The notes under the pieces were generated by a model. That model was not told the DNA's origin. It did not search any database and saw nothing but the letters and a program-made list of their open reading frames with translations. Below, one piece after another: positions 18,532-27,294 of a stretch of DNA of 64,000 nucleotides. The stretch is from a virus. Lineage: Duplodnaviria; Caudoviricetes. Made by a program: the position numbers and the translations under genes. Each line of letters starts with the position of its first letter. Position 1 is the stretch's first letter. The stretch lies in IMG/VR virus record IMGVR_UViG_3300013121_000018, positions 43,582-107,581 of that record; one strand, 5' to 3'.

Positions 18532-19140
18532 ATGCCAAGAGCCGCAAGTAGTGGTGCAAAAATACACTCTTTCACGCCAAACAGAACCTCAAAATACCTA
18601 CTGGTCGCATTAAAAGATTGGGGAACAGCGTTTAACCAAGAATTTGAAACAGTTATAGAAAACATTTTAAAATTTGGAATACATGATGCTAAATACTATG
18701 AGGAAATAACAAATAATATGTTTATTCTTTTCAAGGTAAATTCAAACTTGCAAAAATTTCTAGACTTTGTCAAAGAACATCCTGCTTATGTTCACGATTA
18801 CAAATGCGGAAATAATCATATGTTAGTAGTATCTTTTCCTAATAAACATAGTCATTTAGTACCATTGTTTTTAGAAGGAAAATACTCAGAACTTTATTCT
18901 ACAGAAGATGTTGATAGATTGTTTCCTAAAAAAGTATTGATTGGAAATAAAGAAGAAATATATTCTTATTATAGAATATTAACTAAAGATAGTACATATA
19001 TTCCGATATTTCAGTCAATAATAAAAAAAGAATTTAATGTTGGTGATAAATTTGTTCCAAAAGCTAATGAAATTGTTGAACTCGATTTTCCTCCAAAATT
19101 GGAAGAAGAAATTTTTAATTATGGGTTTAATGATTCATAG
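18532..19140 (+). CDS. Conserved phage hypothetical protein
   Basis: FLEGKYS and ELDFPP..EEE motifs. Confidence 0.75.
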   Translation: MPRAASSGAKIHSFTPNRTSKYLLVALKDWGTAFNQEFETVIENILKFGIHDAKYYEEITNNMFILFKVNSNLQKFLDFVKEHPAYVHDYKCGNNHMLVVSFPNKHSHLVPLFLEGKYSELYSTEDVDRLFPKKVLIGNKEEIYSYYRILTKDSTYIPIFQSIIKKEFNVGDKFVPKANEIVELDFPPKLEEEIFNYGFNDS

Positions 19141-19534
19141 TATTGCTCTTGAGAATAAAATAAATATTATACCTCAAGATTCGGAGTGGAAACTGCTTAC
19201 AAAGGCAGTTTCCCTCGAATCTAAGGGAGAACCATTCATAGGACAACTATTCGTAGCACAAACAATTATAAACCGTAAAAACGGCTGTAATTGCCCTGTA
19301 AGAGAAGTACTTACTAAAAAGTTTCATAGTAATCCTAATTATATCAAATGGATTGAAGCAGAACCATTGGATACTGCTTTAATGAGAAAATTAAGAATAC
19401 TAGAAAATGTAAAGATACATAGCTTCTGGTATTTTTATAATCTAAAAACTGCTACAGATACAAAATTCCTAAGAGCTATGAAAAAGAAAAAACATAAACT
19501 TCAAATCTATAACCATATATTTGTTGAAAAATGA
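19121..19534 (+). CDS. SleB-like cell-wall hydrolase (Hydrolase_2)
   Basis: LL.KAV.LESKGEP..GQ..VAQ.IINR, YFYN, I.NHIF. Confidence 0.8.
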   Translation: MGLMIHSIALENKINIIPQDSEWKLLTKAVSLESKGEPFIGQLFVAQTIINRKNGCNCPVREVLTKKFHSNPNYIKWIEAEPLDTALMRKLRILENVKIHSFWYFYNLKTATDTKFLRAMKKKKHKLQIYNHIFVEK

Positions 19535-19761
19535 CAACAATAACATACTTTGGAGTTACTACCGAAACAGGTGGTGGAAAAAGACCTATCAGAAAAAGAC
19601 ATAACCAAAATTATAAATTATATTCTTCTTATTATACAGAAGAAAAATTTCTTAGTTTAGGTAGAACATATGCGCTCGAATATCTTAAATTTAGAACAGA
19701 TGGTAAAGTGATAGGAAATGCACTTACAAGAATTAAAATTAATGATAAATATTTAACATGA
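19531..19761 (+). CDS. Hypothetical protein
   Basis: ATGA-coupled ORF. Confidence 0.6.
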   Translation: MTTITYFGVTTETGGGKRPIRKRHNQNYKLYSSYYTEEKFLSLGRTYALEYLKFRTDGKVIGNALTRIKINDKYLT

Positions 19762-19991
19762 AACCATTAACCGACAAACAAAAAATAACCTTGGAAAGAG
19801 GCAGAGTATTATACAGATTAAAAGGAATAAAAGATTTAGTTTCTTATACAGAAAGTAATAAATTTACAGAAGATGAAAAAGATGCTTTATTTTCTATAAT
19901 GACAGAAATACATTCTTTAGAAACAAGATGGTCATTTAATAATAGTAAAATACTTGAACAACATGATAAGACAAAACAAAATACAATGTAA
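19758..19991 (+). CDS. Hypothetical protein
   Basis: ATGA-coupled ORF. Confidence 0.6.
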   Translation: MKPLTDKQKITLERGRVLYRLKGIKDLVSYTESNKFTEDEKDALFSIMTEIHSLETRWSFNNSKILEQHDKTKQNTM

Positions 19992-20298
19992 TAATTGTGG
20001 TGATATTATTGAATCTGTACACGTTCATGATTTTAAATGGTGTAGTTGTGGTAATTGTGCAGTTGATGGTGGAAGAGAATATCTTAAACGTAACGGCATT
20101 AATTACAAAGATTTATCAACTGTAGATATAGAACTTGAAAAGTTAACACAGTTATATAAACTTTTAAATATGTCCTTAGAAGCATTTAATAACATTCAGA
20201 ATCAAAAAGTTTTAATAAGCGAGGGTTATGCTGTAACAGATACTTATCAGATTGCAGCAGCAATTAATAAATTTCTAAAAGATGAAACAAATACCTAG
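19963..20298 (+). CDS. Zinc-binding phage protein (DUF7695-like)
   Basis: NKIQCNNCGDIIES.HVHDF..CSCG..AVDGG..YLKR. Confidence 0.8.
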   Translation: MIRQNKIQCNNCGDIIESVHVHDFKWCSCGNCAVDGGREYLKRNGINYKDLSTVDIELEKLTQLYKLLNMSLEAFNNIQNQKVLISEGYAVTDTYQIAAAINKFLKDETNT

Positions 20299-20545
20299 TG
20301 CAGAAGAATTTTTAGAAAAAGAAAATTTACCAGATTCTTTAAGTGGAGGAACTCTAAAATATGCAATGATTGAATTTGCTAAAATGCATGTAGAAGCAGC
20401 ATTAGAAGCTGCTGCCGAAAATGTTGGTATGAAAAAAGAATGTGGTTGTAAAACAGAATCAGAATGCTATGCTGTAATTTGCTGTGATACAGTAATTGAT
20501 AAGGAATCAATACTAGACGCTTATCCTGAAAATTTAATACAATGA
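20282..20545 (+). CDS. Hypothetical protein
   Basis: AMIEFAK.HVEAAL..IDKESIL.AYP pattern typical of Bacteroidota phages. Confidence 0.7.
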   Translation: MKQIPSAEEFLEKENLPDSLSGGTLKYAMIEFAKMHVEAALEAAAENVGMKKECGCKTESECYAVICCDTVIDKESILDAYPENLIQ

Positions 20546-20907
20546 CAGAACACTTTTGCAATTATGAGAATAGCTTGATGTTAAAAGAATTGGGATTTGA
20601 TGAAGAAAGTATAGCTATTCATATAGGAGGAAGCGTTTTTATGGGAGTATACGGTAGAAAAAATTCTATACAGGATGATAATTATCCTATAGCTCCACTT
20701 CTTTCTCAGGTAATACAGTGGATTTATCTGGAAGAAAATTATATCATCATAATCAATTGGGATTCAGACTTATTAGGTTGGAGATACCAAATTTTAGATA
20801 ATGTTTTAGGGCGTATTAAAAGCAGTAATCAAGCTTATGAAACCTGGAATCAATGTGCGCAAGATGCTATTACTACAACTTTAAAAATAATTAAAGAAGA
20901 TGTTTAA
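20542..20907 (+). CDS. Hypothetical protein
   Basis: LKELGFDE..APL..QV..W pattern. Confidence 0.7.
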   Translation: MTEHFCNYENSLMLKELGFDEESIAIHIGGSVFMGVYGRKNSIQDDNYPIAPLLSQVIQWIYLEENYIIIINWDSDLLGWRYQILDNVLGRIKSSNQAYETWNQCAQDAITTTLKIIKEDV

Positions 20908-20961
20908 AAAATCAGAACAATTAGATTCTGGAGAAGTTGATTTAGAAACCGCAGAAACAGT

Positions 20962-21378
20962 ATGAAGAAAAAAGAATTAAAAACACTAGAAGAAATTGAA
21001 GAATACTTTGCTAAACAGCCTAAGATATATATTAAAAAAGAATATTCTAATTATAAAGACTTAGCTAAAGATATGGCTTGTGGTAAAGTTCCTACTTTTT
21101 ATAAGAGGGGGAGACAACAAGCATATCCTTCTTCATATAGAAGTCTTACGGATATAATCAGAACATGTAAAACATATTTTAACGTGTCTGCTAAAGAAGT
21201 GTTATTGTATTTAGATACCTTAAATAACACTAGAAATAGATGCCATGTCATACGAAAGTATGTTTTTCATCATAATGAATATCCTTGGGGATTTCAAAAA
21301 ACTCCAGGTCAGCTTCAAGTAAAAACCGAAATAGGTGATATGCGCTATGGAGATTTAATTAAACTTTGCCAAGAATGA
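20962..21378 (+). CDS. Hypothetical protein, paralog family A
   Basis: PTFY...QQ....RSLTDII..CKTYF...C..IRKYVF. Confidence 0.7.
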   Translation: MKKKELKTLEEIEEYFAKQPKIYIKKEYSNYKDLAKDMACGKVPTFYKRGRQQAYPSSYRSLTDIIRTCKTYFNVSAKEVLLYLDTLNNTRNRCHVIRKYVFHHNEYPWGFQKTPGQLQVKTEIGDMRYGDLIKLCQE

Positions 21379-21893
21379 AAGTAATTTTTACGTATGGAAT
21401 TTCTGGTTCAGGTAAAAGTACTTGGACTAGAAATTTCATACAATCAAATCCCAATTATATCCGAATAAATCGAGATGCAATTAGGGAAACTTTAATACCA
21501 GACCATATAAACAACTGGTATAATAGACCAGACCGAGAACAACTTGAAAAGTTAGTATCTTCAATTGAGTACGATTTGACTGATATAGCTTACATACATG
21601 ATAAAGATATTGTTATTGACTCTACAAATCTTGATAAAAAGCGTTTAGAGGCATTTTTAGTCTATTTAAAGAAACATCATGATGAAGTAGATATATCTAT
21701 CAAGATTTTTGAATGTCGTCTTAGAATAGCTCAAAATAGGGTATATCGAAGAGATTATGCTGGAGAAACCTTTGATGATGATGAATACTTTGATTTAGCA
21801 AACAAACCTCAAGTAGCATATATTGAAAAACAGTACAATAAATTTCAAGGTAATTTACCTTGGATAAAATCTTTACCTTATAATATAATATAA
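21375..21893 (+). CDS. AAA_33 / polynucleotide kinase-like
   Basis: GISGSGKSTW, INRDAIR, VIDSTNL, R..RRD. Confidence 0.88.
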   Translation: MKVIFTYGISGSGKSTWTRNFIQSNPNYIRINRDAIRETLIPDHINNWYNRPDREQLEKLVSSIEYDLTDIAYIHDKDIVIDSTNLDKKRLEAFLVYLKKHHDEVDISIKIFECRLRIAQNRVYRRDYAGETFDDDEYFDLANKPQVAYIEKQYNKFQGNLPWIKSLPYNII

Positions 21894-21899
21894 AAGAAA

Positions 21900-22127
21900 A
21901 TGACAATAGAAGAATTAGAAAAATTAGGATTTGGTCATTTACAATCTAAACTTTACCCAAGAAGATTTTTTATGCCCATACTTGGAGAAAAAGATATTCC
22001 TGAATACTATAAACTTGAAAACATTTTTGAAATGTATTATGATAAAGGTGTTACTGATGGAATTGAGAAAGGGAAACGAGAAAAAATAAATCAGTTTAGA
22101 AAGTTTTTAGAACTTAATGAATTATGA
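21900..22127 (+). CDS. Hypothetical protein
   Basis: ORF in operon. Confidence 0.6.
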   Translation: MTIEELEKLGFGHLQSKLYPRRFFMPILGEKDIPEYYKLENIFEMYYDKGVTDGIEKGKREKINQFRKFLELNEL

Positions 22128-22354
22128 CAACACTAGAAATATTAACTAAACTACTCGAACAAGATAAACATAAACTAATAGATACTCCTTTAAATAATGA
22201 ATTAGATTTTATTCAAGAAGCAATGAAATTATATGCTCAACAATTTATTGATGTTGCTAATAAAATAATTGGGCCGGCCTCAGATATATTGGGTGAAGAA
22301 TATGATGAAGAATATGAAAATTGGCATAAAATTCAAAAAATAAATGAAGATTAA
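22124..22354 (+). CDS. Hypothetical protein
   Basis: Coupled ORF. Confidence 0.6.
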   Translation: MTTLEILTKLLEQDKHKLIDTPLNNELDFIQEAMKLYAQQFIDVANKIIGPASDILGEEYDEEYENWHKIQKINED

Positions 22355-22610
22355 AACAACAGAAGAAATATTAAATGATCTTTCACTAGGAGAGTATAAT
22401 GATAAATTTGAACATGTTCTTCTTCATATGATGTATGACGAAGATAAATATTCGGATTCAGATTCTTTTTATAAATTTATCAGAGATTCGATGATTACTT
22501 ATGCAAAAGAAATCCTGAAAAAATTGTTTGAGGACGGTCTGGGAAACATTGATACAAATCAAAGCATTGATGATATTATCAAAAACTACAAAAGTTTAAA
22601 GTTAATATGA
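22344..22610 (+). CDS. Hypothetical protein
   Basis: Coupled ORF. Confidence 0.6.
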   Translation: MKIKTTEEILNDLSLGEYNDKFEHVLLHMMYDEDKYSDSDSFYKFIRDSMITYAKEILKKLFEDGLGNIDTNQSIDDIIKNYKSLKLI

Positions 22611-23227
22611 TAAAATTTGAAAAACTAGAATTTTCTCCAGAAGATATATGGTTTACATCAGACTTACATTATAATCATAAAAACATATCAAAAGATTCTG
22701 TATGGGACAGAACTGCTGCTGATGAAGACATTCGTCCTTGGGGTGTTGAAGAAATGAATCAAATTATTATCGATGAAATTAATTCTAAAGTACCTTATAA
22801 TGGATTATTAATTCATCTTGGTGATTGGTCATTTGGTGGTTATCAAAAAGCTGTAGAGCTTAGAAGCAACGTATTCTGTGAAAACATTATAGGTTGTTAT
22901 GGTAATCATGATCATAACATACTGAATAAGAATGACTTAAGAAGTATGTTTTCTTATATAGACCATATTCTTTATTTGAATGTTGATAATCAAAATATAA
23001 TGTGCAGTCATTATCCAATGATTTCTTGGCATCAACAAAATAAAGGAACGTGGATGTTACACGGTCATTGTCATGGAAATCTTCTAGATAATCCTAATTT
23101 GAAATCTTTAGATGTAGGTTTTGATACTAAATTGTACAACCACAAACAATATACTCTGTATTCATTTGCTGAATTAAAAGCAATTATGGAACAGAAGGTA
23201 TTTAAACCAGTAGACCATCATGGATGA
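22607..23227 (+). CDS. Calcineurin-like metallophosphoesterase
   Basis: SDLH, HLGD, GNHD, HYP, HGHCH, DVG.D. Confidence 0.92.
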   Translation: MIKFEKLEFSPEDIWFTSDLHYNHKNISKDSVWDRTAADEDIRPWGVEEMNQIIIDEINSKVPYNGLLIHLGDWSFGGYQKAVELRSNVFCENIIGCYGNHDHNILNKNDLRSMFSYIDHILYLNVDNQNIMCSHYPMISWHQQNKGTWMLHGHCHGNLLDNPNLKSLDVGFDTKLYNHKQYTLYSFAELKAIMEQKVFKPVDHHG

Positions 23228-23534
23228 TTTATTAATTGCTATAAGTGATATTGCACAAACTCGTAATCCATATGAATATGGACTTCCGACACATGATGAA
23301 GAATTATTAGCATTAATGTGTGAACAAATAAAACAATTTGTTAGTAAAAAATGTGCTGAACAAAGACAATTGTGTGTCGATAATGCTAAAATAAATGTTG
23401 AAGCTAAATTTAAAGGAGAAGTAAGAAATACACAAGCGAATTCTTATTTTTATGATTTTAAAGAACAAGGTGGGAAACGTGAAATTACTGTATACATAGA
23501 ATCAATCATTAATGCACCAGAACCAATACTATGA
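23220..23534 (+). CDS. Hypothetical protein
   Basis: Coupled ORF. Confidence 0.65.
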   Translation: MDDLLIAISDIAQTRNPYEYGLPTHDEELLALMCEQIKQFVSKKCAEQRQLCVDNAKINVEAKFKGEVRNTQANSYFYDFKEQGGKREITVYIESIINAPEPIL

Positions 23535-23722
23535 AAAGTGATAAATACGAGAAGGAAACTCTAGTAATTTACAGAAAAGATGGAAGTATTCTTAAAGAAA
23601 TTGATGTAACCAATTGGTCTTATATTCGTAAACTGGAAAAAAGAAATTCTTGTATGACAAAATTATTATCAGCAGATCATTGGGACATCATCCAAATAAG
23701 AAAAAAAGATGACGAAGACTGA
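23531..23722 (+). CDS. Hypothetical protein
   Basis: Coupled ORF. Confidence 0.55.
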   Translation: MKSDKYEKETLVIYRKDGSILKEIDVTNWSYIRKLEKRNSCMTKLLSADHWDIIQIRKKDDED

Positions 23723-23879
23723 AGCAATCTATCAGGCATTTTGTGAGATTGTGCCGTTTACAAAAAAAGAAGTAACGGTGAGAGTTGAGGATGATACTGA
23801 TGAATATGGTAATTTTGTTAGAGTGTATTTTGAAAAATCTGTTTCATCAAAAGTAAGATATGACAATAACATACGATGA
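23709..23879 (+). CDS. Hypothetical protein (56 aa, below track cutoff)
   Basis: MTKTEAIYQAFCEIVPF...; fills the gap and overlaps both neighbours. Confidence 0.55.
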   Translation: MTKTEAIYQAFCEIVPFTKKEVTVRVEDDTDEYGNFVRVYFEKSVSSKVRYDNNIR

Positions 23880-24198
23880 AAGAATAATCGGAAATAAACT
23901 TATTGCTAACTTCATGGGTGGTAAGTATAAGATTTCTCAGGAGTATTTACCTATGGATTCTATGTGGCTTCCTACTCATGGTATATGTAAACATGATACT
24001 ATAGAATTGGGAAAAGGTAAGATTTTTCAATATCATGCATCTTGGGATTGGTTAATACCAGTTGCAGCTAAAATTGCTATTATTTCTGAAGAACCTGAAG
24101 AATTAGATTCTTTAAAATCTGCAATATTATTTAATGATATTAACACTGCTTGGAAAGATTGTGTAAATTGGCTTAAAGAGCATACAATAAAACTATGA
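23860..24198 (+). CDS. Hypothetical protein
   Basis: NKLIA.FMG..YH.SWDWLIPV pattern common in Bacteroidota phages. Confidence 0.7.
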   Translation: MTITYDERIIGNKLIANFMGGKYKISQEYLPMDSMWLPTHGICKHDTIELGKGKIFQYHASWDWLIPVAAKIAIISEEPEELDSLKSAILFNDINTAWKDCVNWLKEHTIKL

Positions 24199-24371
24199 AC
24201 AACAGGAGAGTAATCAACACTGTACAGTAGGTTTACTACTGAGGTGTACAAACATACTTTGAAACACTATGTTTGACTTGTTGTTTATCATTGGAATTAC
24301 CGATGTTGTTGTTGGTTTTGTCGATTATTTAGCAATAATTGGCATTACTGATATAGAAGTCGGTTAATTCC
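24195..24371 (+). ncRNA. Candidate structured RNA/leader (three-way junction plus long G-U-rich hairpin)
   Basis: Stems ATGAACAACAGG/CTTGTTGTTTAT, CAGTAG/CTACTG, CAAACATA/TATGTTTG and GGAATTACCGA/TCGGTTAATTCC. Confidence 0.55.
24269..24367 (+). CDS. 32-aa peptide made of two 16-aa repeats
   Basis: As read: MFDLLFIIGITDVVVG-FVDYLAIIGITDIEVG*. The IIGITD repeat is kept with synonymous changes (ATCATTGGAATTACCGAT vs ATAATTGGCATTACTGAT). Confidence 0.6.
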   Translation: MFDLLFIIGITDVVVGFVDYLAIIGITDIEVG

Positions 24372-24372
24372 T

Positions 24373-24403
24373 GAAGCGTCTGAAATATGACGCTTCTTTT
24401 TTT
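24373..24403 (+). terminator. Intrinsic terminator
   Basis: GAAGCGTC-8nt-GACGCTTC followed by T7. Confidence 0.85.
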
Positions 24404-24411
24404 AAAATTAT

Positions 24412-24924
24412 ATGACAAAAATAAAAATAGGATTAGACCTTGACGGCTGTATTGTCGATTTTACTGGTGGATTCTTTAAATGGTTTGATGAACCATTGCC
24501 TAAAATTACACAGTGGGAAGTTGATTTTATAAATGAGAATTTTGAACATATTGCTAACGATAAAGATTTTTGGCTTAGTTTAGATCCACTTATAGATCCA
24601 AAAGAACTGGAAGGAATTCCAGTTTACTGTTACATTACTGCTAGACCTGTAGATCCACATATAAGCTTTAAATGGCTTGAAATGCATGGATTTCCACTTG
24701 CACCAGTATTCGGTGTAGGTTCTGATGGTGCAAAGCATGACACTAAAACAGAAATTATTAGAGAACTTGGTATCAATTACTTTGTTGATGATAAGCGTCA
24801 ACACTTTGATGAAATTAATTCATGTACAGATTGTACATGTTTTCTAATGAATACACCTTGGACTGAATGGGAAACTGTTCAGCCTAAAATACACACGTTT
24901 CAAGAATTAAAAGAAGTACTTTAA
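24412..24924 (+). CDS. HAD-family 5'(3')-deoxyribonucleotidase
   Basis: DLDGCIVD, ITAR, K, FVDD motifs. Confidence 0.85.
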   Translation: MTKIKIGLDLDGCIVDFTGGFFKWFDEPLPKITQWEVDFINENFEHIANDKDFWLSLDPLIDPKELEGIPVYCYITARPVDPHISFKWLEMHGFPLAPVFGVGSDGAKHDTKTEIIRELGINYFVDDKRQHFDEINSCTDCTCFLMNTPWTEWETVQPKIHTFQELKEVL

Positions 24925-25250
24925 TGGAACTTGGTGATAGATATAATGAAGGAAAACCGATGATGTCTTTAGTACCGCCAATTGCAATGACAGAAGTTGC
25001 TAAGGTGTTAACATATGGTGCTCAGAAATATGCAAAGAACAATTGGTTGAAGGGAAGACCTCACATGGAGTTTATTGACAGCATGGAAAGACATGTTGCT
25101 GAATGGAAGAAATGTATTGATATTGACCCTGAAAGTGGGTTACATCATATTTCACATGCAGCATGTAATCTTATGATGCTGTTAGAATTAATAGCCTTAC
25201 GTCCAGATTTGGATGATAGGCCATTAGAGTTTTACAATGAAAAAAAGTAA
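24924..25250 (+). CDS. dATP/dGTP diphosphohydrolase (DUF5664-like)
   Basis: GK..MSLVP, VLTYGA.KY..NNW.KG, RH, DPESGL.H..HAACN. Confidence 0.88.
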   Translation: MELGDRYNEGKPMMSLVPPIAMTEVAKVLTYGAQKYAKNNWLKGRPHMEFIDSMERHVAEWKKCIDIDPESGLHHISHAACNLMMLLELIALRPDLDDRPLEFYNEKK

Positions 25251-25515
25251 ATATATGTACACATTGTTTTTTAAAAGTAAAGGTGGAGATTCTACAACAG
25301 GACAAGATACTGAATATCATGCAGAAGTTGCTACTATTGAAGCAAATAATTTTGTCGAACTAGGAACTCAGGCTGATAAAATTATTTCAAATTTAGGACA
25401 GAATGTTGATGATTTTGCTATCGATGTTTTAAATAGAGGTTCTGAATATGAAAACGCAAACGGAACAGGAAAAGAAATCATGAAAAATTATAATTCAAAC
25501 TCAACATTAAAATGA
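25237..25515 (+). CDS. Hypothetical protein
   Basis: Coupled ORF. Confidence 0.6.
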   Translation: MKKSKYMYTLFFKSKGGDSTTGQDTEYHAEVATIEANNFVELGTQADKIISNLGQNVDDFAIDVLNRGSEYENANGTGKEIMKNYNSNSTLK

Positions 25516-25712
25516 GAGACAAAATTACAGATGTATTAATTGGAATGTCGGCTGCTTATGAAGCCGCATTTAGGGAATTAACAGAAAAGTTCAAAGAAGT
25601 AAAAGAGCATATGGTTGAATATCAAGAAACAACTTTACCAAATGGTAAAAAATCTGTACGTGCATATGCCGCAAACTTTGGTTATTCTTCATCATATGAG
25701 TTTCCGGCATAA
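25512..25712 (+). CDS. Hypothetical protein
   Basis: Coupled ORF. Confidence 0.6.
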   Translation: MRDKITDVLIGMSAAYEAAFRELTEKFKEVKEHMVEYQETTLPNGKKSVRAYAANFGYSSSYEFPA

Positions 25713-25950
25713 ATCTTTAAAAGAAGCATTGGAAAATACCACAGTTGAAGATTTAACAAGTGAATGGTATTCATTATCAGATTCTGAAATGAAACGACCT
25801 AAGATTGAAATTGCAGGTCGTTTATTTTCTTCAATTAAAGAAGCGGCACAACAAAGTGGTTTTGGTATTGGACAACTAAGAGGTTGGCTTAGAAGTAAAA
25901 ACCCAACTAAAAGAATTCAACATAAAATAAGAAGAGTCTATGAAGACTAA
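25696..25950 (+). CDS. Small NUMOD1/HTH-like DNA-binding protein
   Basis: IEIAGRLFSSIKEAAQQSG...LRGWL. Confidence 0.6.
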   Translation: MSFRHKSLKEALENTTVEDLTSEWYSLSDSEMKRPKIEIAGRLFSSIKEAAQQSGFGIGQLRGWLRSKNPTKRIQHKIRRVYED

Positions 25951-26761
25951 ATTCAAAAAAAGATTTGCAAGAATCAGAAGCAAGCATCCTTCACATGCTC
26001 CACTTCGGGCAGCCATTCCTATAGATACCAAAGCTGTTGTAAGATTTGGTAGTACTACAGAAATGCCATCAGAATTCATTGAAATTAATCATAAAGATGT
26101 TGCTAGAATATCAGGTAATAAACTGAAGATGAAACAAGCTTTTGATGAAGCTGGTGCTCAAACAGCCGTATGGATTAATCCAAGGTTATGTACAGGCACA
26201 TCAGGTACAACTGTAGCAAATGAATGTGCTAAATTAGGATTTCCAATTGTGGCAAAACATATATTTGGTTCTCAAGGTAAAGGCAACACTCTAATTAAAT
26301 CAGAAGAAGAACTTTCAGAATATTTGCAGGGTAAAACAGTAAACAATTATATCTTTGAAAAGTTTTATAACTACAGCAGAGAATATCGTTTACATGTTGA
26401 TGCAGAAGGTTGTTTCTATGCTTGTAGAAAGATGCTTAAATCAGATACTCCAGCAGAAGAAAGGTGGCACAGACATTCTGATACATCTGTATGGATTGTA
26501 GAAGAAAACGAAATGTTTCAAAGACCTAATACATGGGATGATATTGTAGAAGATTGTGTTGCTATTCTTAATGAAATCGGTGCTGATTTTCTTGCATTTG
26601 ATGTTAAAGTCCAAAGTGATGTAGACTCTAAAGGTTATCCTCGTGACAGACAAGAATATATCATCATTGAAGCAAATTCAGCTCCTTCATTGGGGGATAA
26701 AGGAATTGAAATCTACAAGAAAAGAATACCGCAAATGATTAAAAGAAAGACCGCCGTATGA
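25940..26761 (+). CDS. ATP-grasp ligase (RimK-like, phiEco32-type)
   Basis: VRFGS, NKL.MK, FPIVAK..GSQGKG, EYRLHV, DF.AFDV, IIEANSAPSL. Confidence 0.88.
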   Translation: MKTKFKKRFARIRSKHPSHAPLRAAIPIDTKAVVRFGSTTEMPSEFIEINHKDVARISGNKLKMKQAFDEAGAQTAVWINPRLCTGTSGTTVANECAKLGFPIVAKHIFGSQGKGNTLIKSEEELSEYLQGKTVNNYIFEKFYNYSREYRLHVDAEGCFYACRKMLKSDTPAEERWHRHSDTSVWIVEENEMFQRPNTWDDIVEDCVAILNEIGADFLAFDVKVQSDVDSKGYPRDRQEYIIIEANSAPSLGDKGIEIYKKRIPQMIKRKTAV

Positions 26762-27189
26762 ACGTAAAATGCAAACTTATTAATCCAGAAATCAATACTA
26801 AAATACCCATTTATAGCAAGCCTGGTGATGCCGGGCTTGACTTTTGGGCTACAAGTGAAAGTTTGACTAAGAATGTAGAATATGGTTATATTGAATACGG
26901 AACCAATATTGCTGTAGAAATTCCTGAAGGATTTGTAGGATTGTTATTTCCAAGAAGTTCTATTTCAGAAACAGGTTTAATTCTTGCAAATTCTGTAGGA
27001 GTTGTTGATTCTGGTTACAGAGGTGAGATTAAATTTAGATTCAAGTATATTCCTGAAACAAAAAAATATAAAGTGGGGGAAAGGGTGGGACAAATGGTGA
27101 TAATGCCATATCCACAAGTAGAATTTGAATTAGTGGAGGAACTATCTTCTACTGATAGAGGTGAGGGTGGATTTGGTAGTACAAATTAA
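26758..27189 (+). CDS. dut: dUTPase (trimeric)
   Basis: AGLD, PRSS, GVVDSGYRGE, RVGQ, RGEGGFGST. Confidence 0.97.
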   Translation: MNVKCKLINPEINTKIPIYSKPGDAGLDFWATSESLTKNVEYGYIEYGTNIAVEIPEGFVGLLFPRSSISETGLILANSVGVVDSGYRGEIKFRFKYIPETKKYKVGERVGQMVIMPYPQVEFELVEELSSTDRGEGGFGSTN

Positions 27190-27195
27190 TTATAA

Positions 27196-27227
27196 GGGTT
27201 ATGGCGCTTCGCTGTAACCCCCTTTTT
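27196..27227 (+). terminator. Intrinsic terminator ending the left arm
   Basis: GGGTTATGGCG-CTT-CGCTGTAACCC followed by CCTTTTT. Confidence 0.8.
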
Positions 27228-27240
27228 GACATAGCGGAAT

Positions 27241-27274
27241 AAAAAAAGGGAAGTACTCCTAAGAATACTCCCCC
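27241..27274 (-). terminator. Intrinsic terminator ending the right arm
   Basis: Minus strand GGGGAGTATTC-TTAG-GAGTACTTCCC followed by T7. Confidence 0.8.
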
Positions 27275-27294
27275 TATGAAAAGATTGATGACTA

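Noticed and set aside
24195-24290. Hammerhead, twister or hatchet ribozyme identity for the three-way junction
   Set aside because: The CUGANGA/GAAA core and other diagnostic motifs are not correctly placed; left as an unassigned structure.
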